Below, in pieces: positions 25,862 to 38,628 of a stretch of DNA of 64,000 bases. The position numbers and the translations under genes were made by a program. Origin of the DNA: Tubulanus polymorphus (lineage: Eukaryota; Animalia; Nemertea); NCBI RefSeq assembly GCF_964204645.1, contig NC_134033.1, forward strand, positions 15,880,655 through 15,944,654, read 5' to 3'. Each line of letters opens with the position of its first letter. Position 1 is the first letter of the stretch. The notes beneath the pieces were generated by a model. It saw nothing but the letters and a program-made list of their open reading frames with translations, was not told the origin of the DNA and made no database searches.

Positions 25862-28800
25862 AGCGGGCAAAATTAAACGTACAACAGACTTGACGGTAGA
25901 CTAAATGTCGTTCTTCTCCAAAGAATTCCGCAATTTATTTTCTAACGGTTTTGGTATTCTGCCTTGTTGCCACTTTGTGATAATGGAGTTTAGAACGTAA
26001 AGTTTTCCTCAATTTGGGATTTTTGATTATCTATATCGCGTCCTTGACCTTTATATGAAACTAAAACTCGATCCGACATCAGCTCCAGCGAACGAACGTC
26101 GACAGTTTTCCATTAAGTTGCTTCCAGATAGAAACTTATTTAAAAGTGCCTGCAGATCGCATTACGACCGATATGATGTAAATTGTAATGATTCAATTAT
26201 TTTTGAACGCCTGGTTTTAATGCACCGTCCTTCGCGTGTGTTCGTTTTCCGTCGCCGTTCGCTTGGCGTCGAGTTCTTTTTTTTTGACGAAATGTATTCC
26301 CTTCTCGCGGAGGTTTCGTGTGATCGCGACGAATCTTAATTAAAATCTGAAACGATGTGGAAAGATAACATTTCAGAAAGGATTGGCTGACAAAAAGGGA
26401 TATCCGTAAATACATTTTTATATAGACCTGATTATCCCGAGGGTGAGACCTGTCTAATCGGAAATTACCATTCCGTTTTCGACGCGAGATGTATAATTAC
26501 GGATATTTTTGCGTGGTATTAAAATTGACATATTGTCATTATTCATTTCATAACGTATTCGTTTGCTGTAACAAATTTCAGGTTGCTAGGAACACACACG
26601 AGTGGAGCTAATTGAGTTGTTTTTGGTGATATTTTTGATACAATTACCATCGGGCATTTATCGTTTCACTTGAAAATGGCTGTCAGAAAACTTTTCAAAT
26701 AATCCTTATTTTCAGTTAATCCGTATGGATTTTACCAGGTCCCGCAATCTCTTTTGTGAAAATGGATTCTGTTATCAATTTAAATCTACACTCACCTTTG
26801 TTTGTGACAAGCAGTTTCGCAAGCAATTTTGCTATCTTCCTCCAAAAACTTTTTTTCGGATTTTATCTCTGTTTTTTAATAGTACCTTTTTCTATCTTGC
26901 CCGTAAAACTTTCGAATCTCGCGGCTGCGCAAGCCGATCAGCTACTGTCGAATCGAGCACTCCACGTATCCAGACCGGGTACATCCGAGTAATCAACCTC
27001 CCTCCCTCCCTCGTCAAAACAAATCTTAACATCCATCATCTGGTTACCATGGAGACCAGAAATGAGAACTGCGGTTATGGTTTTTATCTGTATATAATTG
27101 GAGAAGTTAAAAATCCCGTTTATATATCATCGCACGATTGCGCTTTTAAGAAGGTTTGCAAAACCCGGCGCAGCACCCGACCCCCGCTGTGAGCGCGTTA
27201 GCGCGTCATTTACAGGCAGCCGCTAATGACCCGGTAATCGGCGAATGAAACTACTCAGAAATAACACCTATCCTTACGAGATGACATCTCCATTTATTCG
27301 GTTATAAGTCGAGAACGCAACCGCGGCGTCGTCTCCTTTCACGGTCACGGCCGTGAGGCAACTGTATATACAGATTCAAAAGTTTAAAACCAAGAATTCA
27401 TTCAACCAAAAGTTGAAATCACACGACATTTCGAACTGTCCCGTCACCGATGATGATTCCTCTAGTGAGATGTCAAAATGCCGTATGCCATTCAAATTTT
27501 TGGTTGAATGAATTCTATATTTCAACCACACTTATTTCGATAATGGTTGTTAGTTGGAAAACACATTCGCTGTTTCGGATCTTTCAGCTTTTTCCCCATT
27601 TCTGGTTTGATGACACTCTAGTGTGTGCTAATTAAACCAGTAAAAACACGTCTGTTTTAAATCGATACTTGCGTTTTGCTGTTGAGAGGTCGTTCAGATA
27701 TTCGAGTTGAGAGGAGTTCGAAAGTACTTTTATTACAAAAAATAGTTCGAGCTGAACGCGATTATTCGAGTGAATTTAAAAAAGCATGGTTTAAAACATT
27801 AGGAGACGGATAACAGATTTCAACATATGCCGAGTTGAGAAGATTTTTGACTTGATCGGATCCGAGTTGAGAGGAGTCTTCTGTATTCATTATGTACATG
27901 TACATGTATGTTAAATGTGTGTTTGTATATCTGTATGCATGTGTAATGGGTGTATGTCAGCATGTATATCAAATAAATCAAATAATTTATAACAACTTTG
28001 ACGTGGATATTCCTGCTGAGGTTCTTCAGGGAAAATGGGAGGTAGGGGGTTTTTGGTTAGTGGATTCCCGCGAGTAATTCACAACACAAACAGAAACGAC
28101 AGCAACGACACAAGCACCAGCAGCAGCAGCAGCTGCTCAGCACCAGCGGATCAAAAAGCGTGGAAGTTAAGATCAACAAACGATGATTTTCCTTTTATTC
28201 AAGCATCACATTCAGTTTCTTACAAAGCAGTTCGATAAACGATGAGAGAAGACAGGCGCACCGGGTTTTGTTACCTGAAACAAATAGAACAGAAATCAGA
28301 AATGTATTCAGATCCACCTTTTTGTCTCAATTCAATTCAATACTTAATTTCACGGATAAGCGGAACAATAAGAACAGAGGAGATTTAAAGAAAAGAAAAA
28401 AAAACAAATTTACAAATATTGTCTCGCTAGGTGGCGCTATGTGAAGTCAGTCTCGCGCCACGAATGTAATCACGCGGGAAAGCAGTCCGCTTGGTGTTAT
28501 TAGAATGTGGCCGATTCTGAATTTTTGTTTGACTTTATTATGTGTTTTCGTAGTTGACTGACTTACGAACGAGCATGATAGACTTGAAGTTACACCATCT
28601 AGCGGAATAGTGCAGTTCATCGATTGCCCTATATCTATGAATGTCTACTCTACGAAAATTCTACGTGACTTCAAACTTCCTGACGTTTTCGTAATGGATA
28701 GTTGATTATGGGGAAAAACGATCACCGGAATTTAGTAAGCGATTAGCGTCACCGAATACACCATCAATTACTTAGTTTTTTGTAAACTTTCTAATTTTGA

Positions 28801-28891
28801 TTGTAAGATTTCGTACGTCAGTAAACTGTACTTTAGACGCTATAAATGACAAATAATCTTGATGTGACAAATGAATTGATTAACTTACATT

Positions 28892-31800
28892 TTAATGAAA
28901 GTCTTCGTGAACTTCGTGTTTATCTTCGTGCGTATCTGTATGTAAATCTTCGTATATTTCATTCAATCCGTCGCCGTGTACGACTTCACCGACATCTTCG
29001 TGTACCTCGTGCGCATCCTCGTGAACTTCGGGAATGTTCGGTTTGACCGGGTGCACCTCTTCGTGAACCTCCTGATGATCCTCGTGCGAGTCTGAATGCA
29101 CGTCGTTGTGTATCTCATCGAGTCCGTCGCCGTGCACAATTTCGTGCTTGTCCTCGAATACCTCGTCTACATCCTGATGTACCTCTGGATGCTCCTTCGA
29201 GGGTTCTATCACGACCTCGACTCCTTCCCCAGTGTGCGGTGGTTCTTCTATCACAACAACGACTCCTTCCTCCGTGTGCGGTGGTTCTTCTATCACAACC
29301 ACGACTCCTTCCTCAGTGTGCGGTGGTTCTTCTATCACAACCACAACTCCTTCCTCCGTGTGCGTTGGTTCATCAACAATGATGTAATCTTCAGTAATGA
29401 CGTCACTGCGCCCGATTGCCGGCATATATTCGTCGATGATATGATCATCTCCTTCATCCATCAAAACGGGACCGTGTTTACAACCTTTATGTCCAACAGG
29501 ACCATATCCTCCTCCAGCACCTCCAACCCCATAAACTGCTCCTCCTGTTATATAACTTTTTCCATATGCACCTTCAGAACCTGCATACGCTCCACCTCCG
29601 GCACCTCCTCCATACGCACCTGCTTCTCCGGCACCTCCTCCGTATGCACCACCTCCTCCAGCGCCTAATCCGTACGCACCACCTCCAGCACTTCCTCCAT
29701 ACCCACTTGCAGCACCTGAGCCGTAATTATCTGCTGGACCTCTTCCAGTTCCATATCCACTTATTCTATCTCCTTTGTAACTACTACCCCCGCCAGAACC
29801 TGCACCATAATCTCCAACACCTCCATACGCACCACCTCCTCCAGCATTACCTCCATAGGTAGCACCTCCTGTAGCACCTCCTCCATATGCACCTCCTCCA
29901 GCATTACCTCCATACGCACCACCTCCTCCAACATTTCCTCCATAGGCAGCACCTCCTCCTGCACCTTCTCCATAGGCACCACGTCCAGAATTTCCTCCAT
30001 ACAAAACACCTCCTCCAGCATTTCCATACGCACCATCTCCTCCAGCACCTCCTTTATAGGCACCGCCTCCTCCATAAGCAGCACCTCCTCCAGCACCTCC
30101 TCCATAGGCACCACCTCCTCCAACATTTCCTCCATAGGCACCACCTCCTCCATAAGCACCTCCTCCAGCACCTCCTCCATAGGCACCACCTCCAGAATTA
30201 CCTCCATACGTACCAGCTCCTCCAGCATTACCTTCATACACTCCTCCTCCTCCAGCACCTCCTTTATAGGCACCACCTCCTCCATACAAACCACCTCCAG
30301 CACCTCCTCCGTAAGCACCACCTCCTCTTGCGCCATATCCACCTCCCGAATTACCTCCGTGGCCACCTCCAAATCCGCCTCCATGACCACCTCCAACTCC
30401 GCCTCCGTGGCCACCTCCAACTCCGCCTCCGTGGCCACCTCCAAATCCGCCTCCATGACCACCTCCAACTCCACCTCCATGGCCTCCTCCAAATCCGCCT
30501 CCAACTCCGCCTCCGTGGCCACCTCCATGACCACCTCCAACTCCACCTCCGTGGCCACCTCCAAATCCGCCTCCATGACCACCTCCAACTCCACCTCCAT
30601 GGCCTCCTCCAAATCCGCCTCCAACTCCGCCTCCGTGGCCTCCTCCATGACCACCTCCAAATCCGCCTCCATGGCCACCTCCAAATCCGCCTCCATGGCC
30701 ACCTCCAACTCCGCCTCCATGACCACCTCTTACTCCGCCTCCATGCCCACCTCCAACTCCGCCTCCATGACCACCTCCAACTCCACCTCCGTGGCCACCT
30801 CCAAATCCGCCTCCATGCCCACCTCCGTGGCCTCCTCCAAATCCGCTTCCATGGCCACCTCCAAATCCGCCTCCATGGCCACCTCCAAATCCGCCTCCAT
30901 GGCCACCTCCAACTCCGCCTCCATGCCCACCTCCAAATCCGCCTACATGGCCACCTCCAAATCCGCCTCCATGGCCACCTCCAACTCCGCCTCCATGCCC
31001 ACCTCCAAATCCGCCTCCATGGCCACCTCCAACTCCGCCTCCATGACCACCTCCGTAGCCTCCTCCAAATCCGCCTCCATGGCCACCTCCAAATCCGCCT
31101 CCATGACCACCTCCGTGGCCTCCTCCAAATCCGCTTCCATGGCCACCTCCAAATCCGCCTCCATGGCCACCTCCAACTCCGCCTCCGTGGCCACCTCCAA
31201 ATCCGCCTCCATGCCCACCTCCAAATCCGCCTCCATGACCACCTCCAACTCCACCTCCGTGGCCACCTCCAAATCCGCCTCCATGCCCACCTCCAAATCC
31301 GCCTCCATGACCACCTCCAAATCCGCCTCCATGCCCACCTCCGTGGCCTCCTCCAAATCCGCCTCCATGCCCACCTCCAGATCCACCTCCATGACCACCT
31401 CCAACTCCACCTCCATGGCCACCTCCAAATCCGCCTCCATGACCACCTCCAAATCCGCCTCCATGCCCACCTCCGTGGCCTCCTCCAAATCCGCCTCCAT
31501 GCCCACCTCCAGATCCACCTCCATGACCACCTCCAACTCCACCTCCATGGCCACCTCCAAATCCGCCTCCATGACCACCTCCAAATCCGCCTCCATGCCC
31601 ACCTCCGTGGCCTCCTCCAAATCCGCCTCCATGGCCACCTCCGTGGCCTCCTCCAAATCCGCCTCCATGCCCACCTCCAGATCCACCTCCATGGCCACCT
31701 CCAAATCCGCCTCCATGGCCACCTCCAAATCCGCCTCCATGGCCACCTACATGGTCACCTCCAAATTCGCCTCCATGACCACCTCCGACATCGTCCAATC

Positions 31801-33358
31801 CTCCGATATGATCTGGTCCTCCCATGTGATCTGGTCCTCCCATGTGGTCGAGTCCTCCCATGTGATCTGGTCCTCCCATGTGATCTGGTCCTCCCATATG
31901 ATCTGGTCCTCCCATGTGATCTGGTCCTCCCATGTGGTCGAGTCCTCCCATATGATCTGGTCCTCCCATGTGGTCTGGTCCTCCCATATGAGCTGTTCCT
32001 CCCATATGATCTGGTCCTCCCATGTGGTCGAATCCTCCCATATGATCTGGTCCTCCCATATGATCTGGTCCACCCATGTGGTCGAGTCCTCCCATATGAT
32101 CTGGTCCTCCCATGTGGTCGAGTCCTCCCATATGATCTGGTCCTCCCATGTGGTCGAGTCCTCTCATATGATCTGGTCCTCCCATGTGGTCGAGTCCTCC
32201 CATATGATCTGGTCCTCCCATATGATCTGGTCCTCCCATATGATCTGGTCCTCCTATATGACCTGGTCCTCCCATGTGGTCGAGTCCTCCCATATGATCT
32301 GGTCCTCCCATATGGTCTGGTCCTCTCATATGATCTGGTCCTCCCATATGATCTGGTCCTCCCATATGATCTGGTCCTCCCATGTGGTCGAGTCCTCTCA
32401 TATGATCTGGTCCTCCCATATGATCTGGTCCTCCCATGTGGTCGAGTCCTCTCATATGATCTGGTCCTCCCATATGATCTGGTCCTCCCATATGATCTGG
32501 TCCTCCCATGTGGTCTGGTCCTCCCATATGAGCTGGTCCTCCCATATGATCTGGTCCTCCCATGTGGTCGAATCCTCCCATATGATCTGGTCCTCCCATA
32601 TGATCTGGTCCACCCATGTGGTCGAGTCCTCCCATATGATCTGGTCCTCCCATATGATCTGGTCCTCCCATGTGGTCGAGTCCTCTCATATGATCTGGTC
32701 CTCCCATGTGGTCGAGTCCTCCCATATGATCTGGTCCTCCCATATGATCTGGTCCTCCTATATGACCTGGTCCTCCAATGGGGTCTAGTCCCCCGATATG
32801 CGGTCCACCGTGACCGTGAAGTCCTCCATGATCAAGTGGCCCACCAGGGCCGTGTGGTCCAGCAGGTCCGTGAGGTCCCTCAGGGCCATCAAAACCTCCT
32901 AGAGGTCCTCCTGGACCGTGTGGTCCTTCAGGACCGCGTGGTCTTCGAGGGCCTTTACGATCCCGTCGACCGAGAGGTCCTCCTGGACCGTGTGGTCTGC
33001 GAGGGCCTTTTGGTCCCCTGGGACCGAGAGATGCTCCAGGGCCGCGTGGTCTACCAAAAGGTCCTAAATAGAAAACAATATTTCAAGTCATTTTAGTGAA
33101 ATACATGTTGAATGATGTTCATTGAATACTCTTTGACAGTAATGTAATATGTTTATTTCTACAGCACGTTCCATAGGAAGGTGGCTGCATCCATTCTTGA
33201 TTCCCCCTATGACGTTGTCATTATAATCGTCATAAGGGGTTTAACGGATGGTGCCGTCTTTTTTGGATAGCTCTACCTACACGTATACTAACACCTATAT
33301 ACATACCCCCTGAACAAGCTACGAATCCTACAAACACCAGTAACACGAATATCTTCAT
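28892..33358 (-). CDS. Secreted Gly/His/Met/Tyr-rich repetitive structural protein A, ~1407 aa; coding exons 33358-33307 and 33063-28892
   Basis: Signal exon [17 protein letters not shown] with G|GTATGT donor; acceptor TTTAG at 33065-33064 joins in frame to the 1283-aa ORF. Non-coding exon 1 donor at 33616 and TATTTATA upstream. 3'UTR intron 28888-28275 and AATAAA at 28199-28194. Confidence 0.85.
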
Positions 33359-33688
33359 GATCTGATGAAATATTGAACATTGAATTTAGTTTTTTTTTTC
33401 ATGCGATATTGAGAGAACAATTCTGATAATTTGTAATTCCAGCCTCCATAAAACCCCAAATACATCAGTAATTACCGAACTGCATGAGACATCTGATAAA
33501 ATGAACTATTCACAGATGCTTTAGCTAAATGCAATGAACGCAGTACGGTTATTCGATGATGTCATTGGAGGATTTATGGAGGACGTCATCATTTTAGAGA
33601 GTTGATGAAACTTACCGGAGTTCTGTGAATGGTGCGCACTATTCGACGTAACTCCAATGAATTAAGGAAATTTTCTGTCAAACTGAAC

Positions 33689-33899
33689 TATAAATAGCGG
33701 AACTTATATGCTCACGTGTGTCAGACAAAAGTGGCTAAAAATCCATTCATTCTAGTCGGTAACATTTGTCGAGACGCCGGCGGCCCCCTCACCTGAGGTT
33801 CTGCTGTCCGACGGCTTATTTACTTTTGTCATAGATCGGTTTTGTTTTACAGTTTTGTTTTATCGTTTTTGCGCCTCTGCAATTCGGTAACGATAGAAA
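33689..33899 (-). promoter_or_regulatory. TATA-like box and conserved upstream block of gene A (paralogous block 41388-41465 upstream of gene B)
   Basis: TATTTATA at 33696-33689; a ~78-bp block (33822-33899) is nearly identical between the paralogs. Confidence 0.55.
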
Positions 33900-33997
33900 C
33901 TATTGACACGGGATTCCGTAACAGATGTCAGCAGACTATACACAACACGTCGCCTGCTTTCAGTTTAACACAGTTCCCGGTTTAGTTTAAAACTCTG

Positions 33998-34105
33998 GGT
34001 CCAGTTCCACAGTTCCGAGTTGAGATTTGACTTTGAGTTAAATCATTGAAAATGATCGAACTTTAACTCAGAGTTACCGCTAACTCACAACAGTGGAACC
34101 GGGTC
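33998..34105. mobile_element. CWG-TSD MITE (TIR ggtccagttccacag); further copies at ~54961-55068, 55329-55402, 59975-60088, 60712-60801
   Basis: ctg|ggtccagttccacagtt ... aacagtggaaccgggtc|ctg. Confidence 0.75.
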
Positions 34106-37100
34106 CTGAAGAGTTAAAACCAAGTAGTTTCCAATATTTTCTTTAAATATATAGTCAGATTTCAACCGAGAATCTTGGATTCCCCACGACCATCGACCGA
34201 AGAAAAATGTGATTAGGTGGATCGAGAGATTTAGCTATAGGGATCACATCTTCATTTGGCTTTTTTGGCACTTTGATGTGTATCTATTGGTTTATGATTA
34301 TAGGCAGTGTTTTAAAGTTCACGAAAAATACTTGATGACTAATAGAACTTAATAAAATAGTCTACCTTATAAACAGTACATGTACGGTACTCTCATAATG
34401 GCGTACAGTGCTACTGTGGTAATCGAGGATTCCACGTGTGGCAGGCGAGGATCCGCCAGGTTCGCTAGTGGTCATCCGCGTTCGATATCTTCAATATTTC
34501 AATTAAATCTAAATGAACGTTTCTCTTAAATGAATCAATTATCTATGAAAACTATACCGATATCCGAGTAGAAAAATGAAAGTATTGTACATTTTGGGTG
34601 CTGTGATAGATGCGGGAGTCTGAAAATCTTTGGTAATGAACTGATTTTGACGACAGACGACCTATCACTCGTCACACCATCTGGTAATTTTGCGGGTTCC
34701 CCATTGCGTAAACTATGTATAAGTGGGTAGCTAAACTTAAACAACGAGTTATTGAATTTTTTTTCCATGTACGTCAATCCCGGATTTTTACGCAGGTATT
34801 TTTAGGGATCGGGTTCATTGGCAACTCCCCTGGATCCACCCCTGATGGTGTAAATCATGGGGCGGGGAGGGGGGTTGGTCAGATAGACTAAGAAATATAT
34901 CACAGGACAATATTTGATAATAATGACATATTTCACACTAGCACACCTGGTGGATCCCCGATTGCCAGTGTTAGTTCTCTTTTGCCTCAGCAGTTGACGT
35001 CTCCTCACAGAGCAACTCGAAGGAAAGGAAAATATGCCCAAAGAAGCCGAAAAGGAAAGCACCGAAAGCAAACCAGGGGCAGGGGAATAAGGTGACGAAA
35101 CTGGTGCCTCACTTGCCATTAATGTCGACTTGTTATCTCTTGCTCCACCCATTGTTCAAACACCCCTCCGCAAAAAGTCACAAGATTCTAAAATAACCAA
35201 TGAAATGCAAAATGATATATACATTTTAGATCTTACCTGTTAACAATCATACTTACATGAATACCGAGTACGTACATTCCTTAGCTTGAACTAATATCTT
35301 CCGAAATTGTACCCTCGAGTACAGCAAGGTCGATAACGCGCATTTTTAAATACGGCACTTGTTGTGTTGGATGCTTGGGTGTTTTTAAAATATGAATACC
35401 AGATGTAAGAATCAATAGGGAAGCAGTGTCTCGAGACACAGCTGTTCTATTGTGACAGTCATGTCAAGTCGCTACAAGGCCCACCACGCAAACAACTGAT
35501 AGATCAGTTATCGGCTGGTGGTTTTTTCAATTTTTCATTTCATAATTTCATTGAAACACTTTTATAGATAGAACCTGAAGGGACCATGGAACCACTGACT
35601 TCCTATGAGAAATGGGTCTATTTTTATACTAGCACAACTGGTGGATCCCCGCTCGCCAGTGGTTAATTCTCATTTGCCAGATCATGCAGTTGCTGTTCAT
35701 TTCCATGTTGTTGTTTTCTTTCTATTTTGACCATGGAACCACTGACTTCCAATGAGAAACGCATCTATTTTGACCATGGAACCACTGACTTTCAATAAAT
35801 CACGGGTTATATTGCCATTTCGACCATGGAGCTACATGCAGTTGTAGGTTAGATTCAAAATCTGCGTGCATCAAGCTGACATATTATCAGTGTTGTCTAA
35901 TCTATGAATGATAATCCCCAGTTCAGTGCCTAGCCTAACGAACCGCTTAAATACGTTTTCATGCAGTTTTGTCTTTACCGGTTCGAGGGGTATCTATCAG
36001 CTGTCTGCACTCTCTGTCTGGACGCTGCAGCCCCTCAGTCTGTTTACCCCGCGCCCACTCAATGTAGACCCGTCGTACTCTCAATCTGGACGAACCCTCT
36101 CACAGTACGTCATACTTTCAACGTCAAAATATCAAATCGGAAATGTCTCAATCTCCTGAACTATCAAAGAACTGTTGCATATCCCATTACTCTCCTCAAG
36201 ACTGTGGTTAGATTTAGTACATTTCAAAAATCCTAATAATCAGATGGTTTATTGGAATAGATCAGAATCCTCTTCAAAGTGATCGCAAAAATCAACAACC
36301 CAAAAACTCCAAAGTCGAATTGCAAAAAAAGTTGCATTAGCTTTATTTCTAACATGGTAACAATATTGAATACCTGAAAACATTGTAAACATTGGATTAT
36401 TAATAGTTATACAATTATATAATGAAAAAGCCGACGCAGATTTGGAAACCAGAGGCTTTTTTTCTTCCAAGCCATCATACTCAGCCATCCATGGAGCAAA
36501 TTCAACAAACAATAGCTCATTTGAAATAAAAACGTTGTACTTTCAACCTGGAATAAGATTAAGTCTATAAGAGATTTATCATCAATGAAACCAGGGACAA
36601 CTTAAGTTGGTAAATACTTTTTTTCTGGTACGGGCTGCGTGAACCATGTATATATGCGTCTCGCATAATTAATTCGAATTGTCAGCTAAGTCGAGTTAAA
36701 AGTTAACCCCCGTTCGTGAAACCGGGCCCTGGCACTCTAACATTCGCATCCGATTCAGATACATAGACTGGTGGCCGCTAAGCGACAACCAAACTGTCCG
36801 CCCAAGAAATCTTTGGAAATGTTAAGACGGCAATGTTTGTGTTGACTTTGGCGGGTAGTAAGCAAACCCAGGCCACGCATTTGTTAGCAAACAGTTTAGG
36901 TAAAAGTGTAGATCCGCACCTCTCGTGGTTGACGCAATCTGCTGAATGCCAGAATCCTGGCTAAAATCTTTCTACTCTCTAGTGAAGATATCTTAAAATT
37001 AGCCAATGCCCAATGGCAATGTACTGAATTGCTGATGACATTTTGAATCTGAAACAATGATATTTCATGTAATTGATTGAACTGTTTATGCGGAGAGGTG

Positions 37101-37621
37101 CGGATCTGCACTTTTACCAACAGTTTATAATATTGTGTCCCAAAACGAGCCGTAGTTAAAGCGAAAAGTCGTATTGAGTCCGCAGCTACCGGTGGAAAAG
37201 TGCTCCGCCATATTGGAAAAGTCGGTTTGATGTCGTAAACCGTTCGCCGAACGGTTTACCGTAAACAAAGACGCCGGTTTATCAAAACCGGGTTGTAAAC
37301 CGGTATGAACAAAGACGATTTTCCTACAAACCGAAACGATGCAAACCGATTCTTCGAAAATGCGCCTTTGGATTCAGTGATGGGTAGGGTGAGGATTGCT
37401 CCGCAGCTGCCGGAGTTACTCCTCGCATCTATCAACATAAGTTCTTTGAAACGACAACGGAATTTAGGCAAAATATATTTGATATACATAGCGCACGTGT
37501 AGTTATATTTTGGTTGCGCTTATATTTGTCAAATTAGTTCGTTGTGACTCCACGCGTTAAAATGTCGTTGATGTCGCCATCATTCCGGGTTTATCCTAGG
37601 AGGCGCTGTATACGCGGCCTC

Positions 37622-37928
37622 CTACATTTCATTTTTGACTGTAAATTACTTACCGAATTCCGTGAAAGCTACCTAAATTCAAATACCTTTCGGAATCTCG
37701 ATGTTTTTAAAAATCCAACTTTTAAACTTGCTAAATTTATCAAATTTGGTCTAGATGTATATAGATCCCTCCGGTAGTGTGTGTAAATAGTATGTTGTAT
37801 ATAACGTTTGTTATGTTTCAAAGTGCTTTTATCTACTATTTTTGTAAATAATTGTAAATACTGTTTTTTCCTCCATATACCATGGAAATGGTTGGAGTGT
37901 AATAAATATTCGTATTCCTATTCGCATT
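37622..37928 (+). mobile_element. Second, more truncated copy of the LINE at 5106-5648
   Basis: LHFIFDCKLLTEFRESYLNSNTFRNLDVFKNPTFKLAKFIKFGLDVYRSLR*, same 3'UTR and a decayed (ATTCGT)n tail. Confidence 0.85.
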
Positions 37929-38628
37929 CCAGTGTTTCGAAGGCTTTGTTTTACCTATTTGAGCGTCCATGAAGAAGCGATAGAAGATAATCATTGTAGT
38001 AATCAGCGACAATAAATTACCAAAACAAATCGTCTTTTCCAAATTTATTGCCGTCGTCATTTTTTTTATCTCCGTGTGTTTGATCCGTTTTGTGAAAGCA
38101 CGTGTACAGGCTGATTAACTTGGGCAGGACCCACAGGCCGCACCCTGCACATCATCGTATTAACAATCTATTGCCAATGACAAATAGCTGTGTCTTCGAT
38201 ATTGACAAATCTGTATTAGCGAATGACGTTAAAACAATTCTACCAGCGAAATTCATGTTAACTGAATATTTTGTTTTATTCTTAGCAAATATACAATTTC
38301 TATTGGGCGATTATAAATACTTTCGTTTTTTTATCATTGTGAAAACCGTGTAAAATACATGTATTTCTTTTTCAACTCAAAAAAAATATTTAAAAATCTT
38401 ATTCGATATATCATCATATGGGATATATAATTCAATATGTTATTTATGAAAATGACTAACAACCCGAACACAATTTCGTATAAACTCATAAAGATATGGG
38501 ATTCGAACTTATTACGACAAAATCCGAACCACGACGATATCCTTGTAATTAACAGACTGCGCCTGAATCGAACATACGGTGCATTGAACCGAATCGCTTC
38601 AGAGTGAACACACACGAGTGTTCTAGAT

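Noticed and set aside
32780-33063. Calling gene A a collagen
   Set aside because: The Gly-X-Y run is short (~90 aa) and imperfect, with no collagen terminal domains.
29887-33096. 1069-aa and 809-aa + strand ORFs (HHLLQ..., MATSKSAS...) and alternative-frame minus ORFs (MEADLEV...)
   Set aside because: Shadow frames of the GGA/GGT-rich repeats. Only the Gly frame has a spliced signal peptide, promoter and paralog support.
36249-36512. 87-aa minus ORF and its homolog near 44.5-45.0 kb as paralogs of the prepropeptide
   Set aside because: Only faint similarity (CDHFE/YDHSE vs YDRFE), with multiple stops and no consistent frame.
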